From: Oscillospiraceae bacterium
GTDB taxonomy: Bacteria > Bacillota > Clostridia > Oscillospirales > Acutalibacteraceae
Assembly: GCA_015066395.1 (NCBI GenBank)
Contig: SVOL01000006.1
Location: 10,218 to 74,217 of the forward strand
Length of the DNA: 64,000 nt
Direction of reading: 5' to 3'
Shown here in pieces: positions 57,906 to 64,000 of the stretch. Within the stretch, counting starts at the first letter, position 1; the number at the start of each line of letters is the position of its first letter. Under the pieces are notes generated by a model. That model made no database searches, was not told where the DNA came from, and saw only the letters and a program-made list of their open reading frames with translations. The translations under genes and the position numbers were made by a program.

Positions 57906-59798
57906 TCAGTTGCTGATCTTATATGTAACCGTTATCTCCTGGATCCTGTAGTGACCCGAGGAATCGGGGTTGGTTATAGTCAGCTTTGTGCCATTGATGT
58001 TAGAAACAGTCGTCGTAGCCGTACCCACGCCCGATACGGTACCCGTCGAGAACTGAGTATTGGTCTTAAAGTGGTTGCCTGCCGCAGTTGTAAACACAAC
58101 AGTATCAATCTTATAGCCTGTCGGCACAGAAACTGTAAGGGTATTCTTTCCGTAGATTCTGATTGCCGTACCCGTAGCATAGTATCTCGGCGGAGTGCTT
58201 CCGTTATTCTTTACAGCAGAAACAGTCACATCTTCGAATGTAACCGAGCTAAAATCAGCACCGTTTGCATAGTTCTCGTCGTAGAAGTTAACGGTTGCTT
58301 CCTTTTCCTTGCCTGTTGTTGCACCGGGAATTGACTTGAACGACTGACAGCCTATATACGTATAGGTAGTAACGCCGTCAACCGTGGCATAAATGACAAA
58401 CAAGAAGTATTCATTGATAACCGATTCGGAAAGGTCCTTTAAGCATATCTGATACTGATAACCGTCGATCTCAACCGCGTCGGCATAAATGGTCGATCGC
58501 TTAATGGGTGTCTTAACTGCATACTGTGACGAAATATACCAATCAGCCGATATATCCGAAGCGCTAAGCGGTGCAACAATGAATCCGATCTCACTGGCCG
58601 TTCCAACCACAGAAGCCGGAAGTGCACCTCTGGCCCTTATGCCTATAGTACCGTCATTACGGAAACTGAACGCATTATCTGCGGCAGTTGCGATAGGTGC
58701 CGCTGTGAAAGCTTGACCTGCAGTAACGCTGATCTCCTGACCGGGGAAATAAAGTTTGCCGTTTGTATCGGTGAAATAGCCTGCGGTTGCAGGAACGGTA
58801 ACCTTACCGCCACTGATATTAACCGTTTCACCGCCGAATGTAACGGTGTTCGGTGTAACTACACCGGAATTGCCGCCGGAAGCAATACCCGACGGTGTAG
58901 GCATATCATCGGGAATCTCCTGACCAAACATCAAAAACGCAAATTCGGGATAGTCAACAAAAACATTACGGACACCGGTCATTGACTGGACCGCATCATT
59001 TCTACCAAGTTCCCAAGTATCAACGGGATCTTCTTCCATCCAACGAAGAAGCACGTCCATATTCTCCATAACGCCAGAGGTGCCCCACATTTTACTGTAG
59101 ATGGTGCTGTTACCCCAACGAGTATAAACGTAAAGCACTATTCTTGCACAGTCACCACGGAAGTTTTCACCCGGATCGTAATAATTCGAGCTTTCGCCGT
59201 AAGCTGTATTACCTCTCGAGCTATTTTCTCTTGAAAGTGCCGGACGGATCATCATAACATCGTCTTCCTGACGCGATTCATCACCCTTACTGTTAGGCCA
59301 GGTGTGTTCACGGTTCCAGGTCGAGCCGCCATCCCAAGTACTGCTGCCCAATGTAGCTGAATAGAAGAAACATATCTTTGAGGTATCGCCGCGTACACAG
59401 TCAGCATACTTCAAAAGAGTCTTATTAGCATCATAGTTGTTTTGGGTATGATGCTTAGCGGTCATCATATCCTGCAAGGCTTCATGCAGGTCGCTGTTTT
59501 GCGCGTTGCTCTGAGTAGTGCCGCCACTATACAAAGATAGCTTGTCATACGTATAATTTCCCGTATAATAGCTATTGGCATAGGTAGTCAAAAAAGTTGC
59601 AAGTTCCTCATGAGCACCCCAGTTTGCAACGATGGATTTGCCATTCCAAGCGTTGCTTACAATATTATAATCGACATCCGAAGCACTTGTATAGCCTGTC
59701 GGTGTTGTGGCAGAAGCGGCAAGGACCGAAACATCTATACCGACAAACATACCAAATATGATTGCGATGGACATTACAATACTTAATATTTTCTTCAT
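57906..59798 (-). CDS. secreted endonuclease I family nuclease with a long C-terminal extension
   Basis: Signal peptide. NREHTWPNSKG ... MIRPALSRENSSRGN ... GDCARIVLYVYTRW resembles the Endonuclease_1 family. About 330 aa of beta-rich C-terminal sequence of unknown type. Confidence 0.65.
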   Translation of the reverse strand: MKKILSIVMSIAIIFGMFVGIDVSVLAASATTPTGYTSASDVDYNIVSNAWNGKSIVANWGAHEELATFLTTYANSYYTGNYTYDKLSLYSGGTTQSNAQNSDLHEALQDMMTAKHHTQNNYDANKTLLKYADCVRGDTSKICFFYSATLGSSTWDGGSTWNREHTWPNSKGDESRQEDDVMMIRPALSRENSSRGNTAYGESSNYYDPGENFRGDCARIVLYVYTRWGNSTIYSKMWGTSGVMENMDVLLRWMEEDPVDTWELGRNDAVQSMTGVRNVFVDYPEFAFLMFGQEIPDDMPTPSGIASGGNSGVVTPNTVTFGGETVNISGGKVTVPATAGYFTDTNGKLYFPGQEISVTAGQAFTAAPIATAADNAFSFRNDGTIGIRARGALPASVVGTASEIGFIVAPLSASDISADWYISSQYAVKTPIKRSTIYADAVEIDGYQYQICLKDLSESVINEYFLFVIYATVDGVTTYTYIGCQSFKSIPGATTGKEKEATVNFYDENYANGADFSSVTFEDVTVSAVKNNGSTPPRYYATGTAIRIYGKNTLTVSVPTGYKIDTVVFTTAAGNHFKTNTQFSTGTVSGVGTATTTVSNINGTKLTITNPDSSGHYRIQEITVTYKISN

Positions 59799-59849
59799 AA
59801 AAGCACGTTCCTTTCAGAAAATAGGATATGCGCATAAAATTTCATAATA

Positions 59850-59877
59850 ATTATACCATATTTTACAAAAATTGCAA
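59850..59877 (-). promoter_or_regulatory. sigma-A promoter of the nuclease gene (TTGCAA-16-TGgTATAAT)
   Basis: -35 at 59877-59872 and extended -10 at 59858-59850 on the minus strand. Confidence 0.55.
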
Positions 59878-59889
59878 GGGTTATATAGA

Positions 59890-59920
59890 ATATCACTGTT
59901 TTGTTGAGATCGGAACAAAA
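59890..59920. repeat. solitary ATATCAC + hairpin unit
   Basis: ATATCAC at 59890-59896, followed by TTTTGTT gagatcgg AACAAAA (59899-59920). Confidence 0.6.
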
Positions 59921-59976
59921 AATGCAAATGAACATATAGTTTGATTAAAAAATTGACACAATTTTTCAAAAAAGAC

Positions 59977-60005
59977 TTGCATTTTCATAACATATATGTT
60001 ATTAT
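59977..60005 (+). promoter_or_regulatory. promoter of tRNA-Ala (TTGCAT-17-TGtTATTAT)
   Basis: -35 at 59977-59982 and -10 at 60000-60005. The tRNA starts at 60020. Confidence 0.5.
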
Positions 60006-60019
60006 ACCATTCGTGGCTT

Positions 60020-60095
<76 letters not shown>

Positions 60096-60096
60096 G

Positions 60097-60126
60097 AAAA
60101 AAGCACTTCGTAAGAAGTGCTTTTTT
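60097..60126 (+). terminator. intrinsic terminator after tRNA-Ala
   Basis: AAAAAAGCACTTC gtaa GAAGTGCTTTTTT. Confidence 0.8.
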
Positions 60127-60130
60127 CAAT

Positions 60131-60294
60131 TAAATCCACCCCTTCGGGTGGAATAAATCGTCTCATACGATGAAATCCCCTGTGGGGATGAAATCCGCCT
60201 AGACTGCGGAATAGCGGATTTAATTTCATCTGAGTGAAACGAAGATTTCATCAGCGATAGCTGATTTCATCCTTGCGTCAGCAAGGATTTCATT
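60131..60294. repeat. heptamer/nonamer-punctuated hairpin array B with dyad polarity switch (GATGAAATC | GATTTCATC)
   Basis: GATGAAATC at 60169 and 60187. Reverse complement GATTTCATC at 60244 and 60263, plus one-mismatch copies at 60222 and 60286. At least 7 unrelated hairpins lie between them. Central 8-bp hairpin at 60191-60221. Confidence 0.85.
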
Positions 60295-60324
60295 ATTTAT
60301 GCAAAGAGTCAAATTTTACTCAAA

Positions 60325-60356
60325 CAAAAAAGCAGAGCTTTCGCTCTGCTTTTTTA
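60325..60356. terminator. bidirectional terminator (GH16 lipoprotein gene 3' end)
   Basis: AAAAAAGCAGAGC tttc GCTCTGCTTTTTT. Confidence 0.8.
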
Positions 60357-60364
60357 GTTTACTT

Positions 60365-62296
60365 TTAGTGGAAGTACATCTTCTGTCCCTTCAACTGATA
60401 AACGTGAACATAGTCAATAATAAACTTGTTGGATTCGGTCCACTCCTTATTACCGTCAGGCACAACGAATTCTCTTGCCGAGAAGCCGACAGCCATACTA
60501 AGTCTCAAGAATGCCGGTGTCGAGAAGGCCGACTTTGTAACCTCAAGCTCAGCCTTTCTTGCATTCTCAACAGTAGTGCCAAGGCTTGCGGCCGACGAAG
60601 CGTTACCGAATACCATAGCAGCGGTTGCATAGTCGTAACGAGAGGTAACCTTACCGTCGATGGTAAAGTAAAGCTCGTTAGCATCCCAACCGTAACCGAA
60701 GGTGTGGAAATCAAGATAGAAGCCTCTGTTATCAGCATTGTACTGAATGTTAGACTTGTTAAATGCGTAACCGTTAGGAATTCTGAAGTTGTACTTGGAC
60801 AAAACGGTACGGATACCGGTGGTGTTGATCCAAGCGAAGCTGTTCTGGAGTGTCAAGTGACCAGCGCCGTAGGATTCGTTAACGTCGATCTCCATACGTC
60901 CAAGGCCCTTATCGAGGTACTGATTATCAACCCACAAAGAGGTCCAGAAGCCCTGACCGAAGGGTTTGAGACAGCTGGTCTCAACATAACCGTACTGGAA
61001 AGTCATAATATCTTTAGTGGTCAAATGGCCGCCATAGTAATACTTATCGTCATAGGCAGCGCAAATATAAAGCTTGCCGTCCTTGACATAGTTGTTGTTG
61101 AGTTCCTTAGAAGCACGGGCAGGTGTACGTCCATTAAGACCGGTCGAATAGATGGTGCTGTCACGGCCATAGGATACTATCCACTTCTTAGTGTTGATAG
61201 CACTGCCGTCAAAATCGTCACCCCATGTGAGGGTGTAATAATTATCGCGGTTATAATTCGAGATAACGTTCTTATAGTTACCGACAACGGTTGAAGCGTC
61301 AGTTAAGGCGAGCGCTCCGGCGTTAACCATCTTAGTAAACTCGGAAACAGCCATTGCTGTAGCGGCAGGGCTTCCGCCGTTTAAGAAGATCTTATTGCCT
61401 GCAACCTTAATAGTGTACTGATTTTTATCAGTAATAGCAGGACGTCCTGCACGGTCACAATCGCCGATAACAACCTCGTATGTATACTCGGTCTTGGTCT
61501 TGGTCTTATCAAGTGAATTGATGGAGTTTACATAGTTCTTATAGTCAGTTGCAGTCTCGCAGTTACTCCAGGTCTTGCCGTAATACATATTGATCATTTC
61601 CTGGGTAAAGGTGGGAGCCGTCGCGTCAGTTGCTTCCTTCAAGGTAACACCAAGCTTGGAGGTCAAGGTCTTCTGGAGTTCTTCAAGCTGAATTCTTACC
61701 AAGTAAGACATATTGTACTGAGGAACAACCAAAGTATACTTGTTATCAAGCTTAACACCGTTAACTGTAACGCCGGCAGTGCCTTCAACGGGCTTAACAT
61801 AAGAATATACAACACCGCTCAAAACAGCATCAGGCTTCAAAATGTTTGCGATAAAGTATGCAACAGCCTGCTTGATAGCAGCATCAGAGAAGCCGGTGAT
61901 AACAATGTCACCGCTGTTGGCATAGATGATGTAGTCATCATTGCTGCCGCCGCCCAAATTTGTAAGAGCAGCTACTGCTTCAGCAACGATAGGACGATTA
62001 CAATCACCAATGATGATTTCGGTGGCATCGCTGGTCTCGCTGTCAAAAGAGCAGGAAACCTCTATGTTGTCCCAAGTGTTCATCACATTGTATACATCCA
62101 ATGCGAGTGTGGTTCTGTACTCCGAGCCGGCAGGAACGATAACGCAAAATTCACCGTTCGTTATCGGCACAACACTGCTTGTTCCGGCAGGGTCGTTGGA
62201 AGCTGCACTCGAAGTATCGCCGCCTTTGCCGCCCGAACAAGCGGTAAACAGAACTAAAACCACAAGTAATAATGCAACAAGTCTGATTTTCTTCAT
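60365..62296 (-). CDS. lipoprotein with a C-terminal GH16 (beta-glucanase/laminarinase-type) catalytic domain
   Basis: Lipobox LFTAC-SGG. EIDVNES matches the GH16 ExDxxE catalytic motif. Two N-terminal repeats of an IGDC...G module. Confidence 0.8.
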   Translation of the reverse strand: MKKIRLVALLLVVLVLFTACSGGKGGDTSSAASNDPAGTSSVVPITNGEFCVIVPAGSEYRTTLALDVYNVMNTWDNIEVSCSFDSETSDATEIIIGDCNRPIVAEAVAALTNLGGGSNDDYIIYANSGDIVITGFSDAAIKQAVAYFIANILKPDAVLSGVVYSYVKPVEGTAGVTVNGVKLDNKYTLVVPQYNMSYLVRIQLEELQKTLTSKLGVTLKEATDATAPTFTQEMINMYYGKTWSNCETATDYKNYVNSINSLDKTKTKTEYTYEVVIGDCDRAGRPAITDKNQYTIKVAGNKIFLNGGSPAATAMAVSEFTKMVNAGALALTDASTVVGNYKNVISNYNRDNYYTLTWGDDFDGSAINTKKWIVSYGRDSTIYSTGLNGRTPARASKELNNNYVKDGKLYICAAYDDKYYYGGHLTTKDIMTFQYGYVETSCLKPFGQGFWTSLWVDNQYLDKGLGRMEIDVNESYGAGHLTLQNSFAWINTTGIRTVLSKYNFRIPNGYAFNKSNIQYNADNRGFYLDFHTFGYGWDANELYFTIDGKVTSRYDYATAAMVFGNASSAASLGTTVENARKAELEVTKSAFSTPAFLRLSMAVGFSAREFVVPDGNKEWTESNKFIIDYVHVYQLKGQKMYFH

Positions 62297-62380
62297 AATT
62301 AACTCCTTTTAAAATATTGCAAAATAACTTTACAAGTATATATTACCACAACACGAACAAAAACTCAATAACAAAATGCA

Positions 62381-62415
62381 AGAAAAAGCACCGTTTCCGG
62401 TGCTTTTTCTTAAAA
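62381..62415. terminator. terminator after the dockerin-GH16 gene
   Basis: AAGAAAAAGCACCG tttc CGGTGCTTTTTCTT. Confidence 0.75.
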
Positions 62416-62419
62416 AATT

Positions 62420-64000
62420 TTAACCTACAAGTTTGTTTTTGCCAACCAGGTAACCGTTAAGAGTTGCGAGGTCTTCTTCAGTAATGAGACCGTCGCCTGT
62501 AACCTCAGCCGCGCCAAGATCCATATTCTTAAAGTCATACTTGGTCCAGCCGGCAAGATATCTTGCAACGTATGTTGCGTCAAGAGCATCAACATTGCCG
62601 TCACCGTTAACGTCACCACGCTGATTGCTTGTTCCGAGATAGTAAATCGTCTGGTTATCGTACTGATAAACATGAACGTAGTCAACAACGAACTTGTTAG
62701 ACTCCTGCCACTCTGCGGCATCGTCTTCAATTACGTAGTTCCTTGTTGCAAAACCGACAGCCATACTGAGTCGGATGTAAGCAGGAACCGCAAAACCGGA
62801 TGCCGAGAGCTGAGGCTCAATCTCCTGCAACAAAGCTGCATCGAGCGCTGCAGTCGAATACTCAGTTGTTGTACCGGTAAGATCCTTGGTAGCGACAGGC
62901 TCGGTTGCATAGTTGTAACTATGTGTCACCTTACCGTCAACTGTAAACAAGAGCTTATCTGCATCCCATGCATAACCGAAGGTGTGGAAGTCAAGATGGA
63001 AGCCTCTGGTATCTTTGTTATAGGTGTAGTTGGTACCATAGAAGCCGACGTTCTGCTTTAAGAACTTCTTATAAGTCTTACCAACGAATGTACGACCGGT
63101 AGTATTAAGCCATGTGATAGAGTTCTGGAGAGTTACGCTGCCTGAGCCGTAGGACTCGTTAACGTCGATCTCCATACGTGCATAAGCGTCATTTGCAAGA
63201 CCTTCGTTATCGACCCACATCGAAGTCCACAAGCCCTGTCCAAGAGGCTTGAGACAGCTGGTCTCAACATAACCGTACTGAATTCTCATGGTATTTCTGG
63301 TAGACAAATGTCCGCCGTAATAATACTCATCATCATAGGTAGCAGCTATATAAAGCTTGCCGTCCTGAATGTAGTTGTTATTGAGTTCCTTAGAAGCACG
63401 CGCAGGCAAACGTTCGTTAAGACCATCAGAGTAGATGGTACTGTCACGTCCGTAAGATACAGCCCACTTACCGGTGTCGATAGAAGAACCATCGAAATCG
63501 TCAGCCCATTTCAGGGTGTAATAGTTGTTGCGATCATAAGCACCGATTGCATCGTAATAGTCATAAGAGGCAGTCGAAGCATCGGTAAGGGTAAGATCGC
63601 CGGTATTTACCATCTTAGTAAACTCGGAAACCGCCATTGCGGTAGCGGCAGGGCTTCCGCCGTTGAGGAATATCTTATTGCCGGCAACCTTGATGGTGTA
63701 CTCGTCAGTATCGGTGATCACCGGGCACTGATAACGAGCGCAATCACCGATAACGATTTCATAAACAGTTTCAGTACTCGACTTCGCTGTATTATAGGAA
63801 GCGAGTTTTGCAACATAAGCCTGATATTCAGCTGCAGTATCACAGTTCTTCCAGCCCTGTGCTTCGAAGACGTTTATATCTGCCTGAGTAAAGGTTGTAG
63901 ACTTAGTATCAGTCTTTTCAGTAAGGGTATAACCCGCCTTTTCGCTGATAGCGGCAGTCAGTTTATCAAGCTGAATTCTTACCAAGTAAGACATATTGTA
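62420..64000 (-). CDS. GH16 paralog with a C-terminal type I dockerin (5' end beyond window)
   Basis: Same architecture as the upstream paralog (EIDVNES). Additional GDVNGDGNVDALD...EVTGDGLITEED dual Ca-binding dockerin repeats. The reading frame stays open to position 64000. Confidence 0.85.
   Translation of the reverse strand, partial: YNMSYLVRIQLDKLTAAISEKAGYTLTEKTDTKSTTFTQADINVFEAQGWKNCDTAAEYQAYVAKLASYNTAKSSTETVYEIVIGDCARYQCPVITDTDEYTIKVAGNKIFLNGGSPAATAMAVSEFTKMVNTGDLTLTDASTASYDYYDAIGAYDRNNYYTLKWADDFDGSSIDTGKWAVSYGRDSTIYSDGLNERLPARASKELNNNYIQDGKLYIAATYDDEYYYGGHLSTRNTMRIQYGYVETSCLKPLGQGLWTSMWVDNEGLANDAYARMEIDVNESYGSGSVTLQNSITWLNTTGRTFVGKTYKKFLKQNVGFYGTNYTYNKDTRGFHLDFHTFGYAWDADKLLFTVDGKVTHSYNYATEPVATKDLTGTTTEYSTAALDAALLQEIEPQLSASGFAVPAYIRLSMAVGFATRNYVIEDDAAEWQESNKFVVDYVHVYQYDNQTIYYLGTSNQRGDVNGDGNVDALDATYVARYLAGWTKYDFKNMDLGAAEVTGDGLITEEDLATLNGYLVGKNKLVG

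Noticed and set aside
60299-61294. 331-aa plus-strand ORF
   Set aside because: It is antisense to the GH16 lipoprotein gene, and its start runs through a terminator and the hairpin array.

Overview
Chromosomal, mostly core-genome window from a spore-forming Clostridia member. My guess is Oscillospiraceae/Ruminococcus-like, because a dockerin-bearing glycosidase occurs alongside full sporulation gene sets. There are about 64 protein genes, overwhelmingly on the minus strand. They include spoIIIAA-AF, murC, cca, dpaAB, addAB, bofA, secG, a three-gene biotin transcarboxylase-like cluster, rluB, a dacB-like gene, ytfJ/ytfI, scpAB and an M50/GT-C/DUF1015 trio. Further along are a VanRS-like two-component system with a C39-like peptidase, pyk, a Crp/Fnr regulator next to an ldhA/Fe-S/ferritin operon, T-box-controlled tyrS and CIRCE-controlled groES/EL. 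The window ends with the conserved flippase-mazG-hup-yabO-yabP-yabQ-divIC-yabR block, hemZ-MBL-dtd-relA-recJ, smpB/ssrA, a secreted endonuclease-I-family nuclease and two tandem GH16 paralogs. RNA genes are tRNA(CAT), tRNA-Trp, tRNA-Ala(GGC), tmRNA and a probable 6S-like RNA. I saw no CRISPR array, transposase, integrase, or recognisable defence or toxin-antitoxin module. The unexplained signal is non-coding and sits in intergenic regions next to the tRNA/tmRNA genes. There, a constant AT[A/T]TCA[C/T] heptamer alternates with short, mutually unrelated hairpins at five loci. The same regions hold several orphan units with a consensus promoter and a terminator that look like small RNAs. All calls come from reading the sequence and from remembered family motifs; no database search was run.
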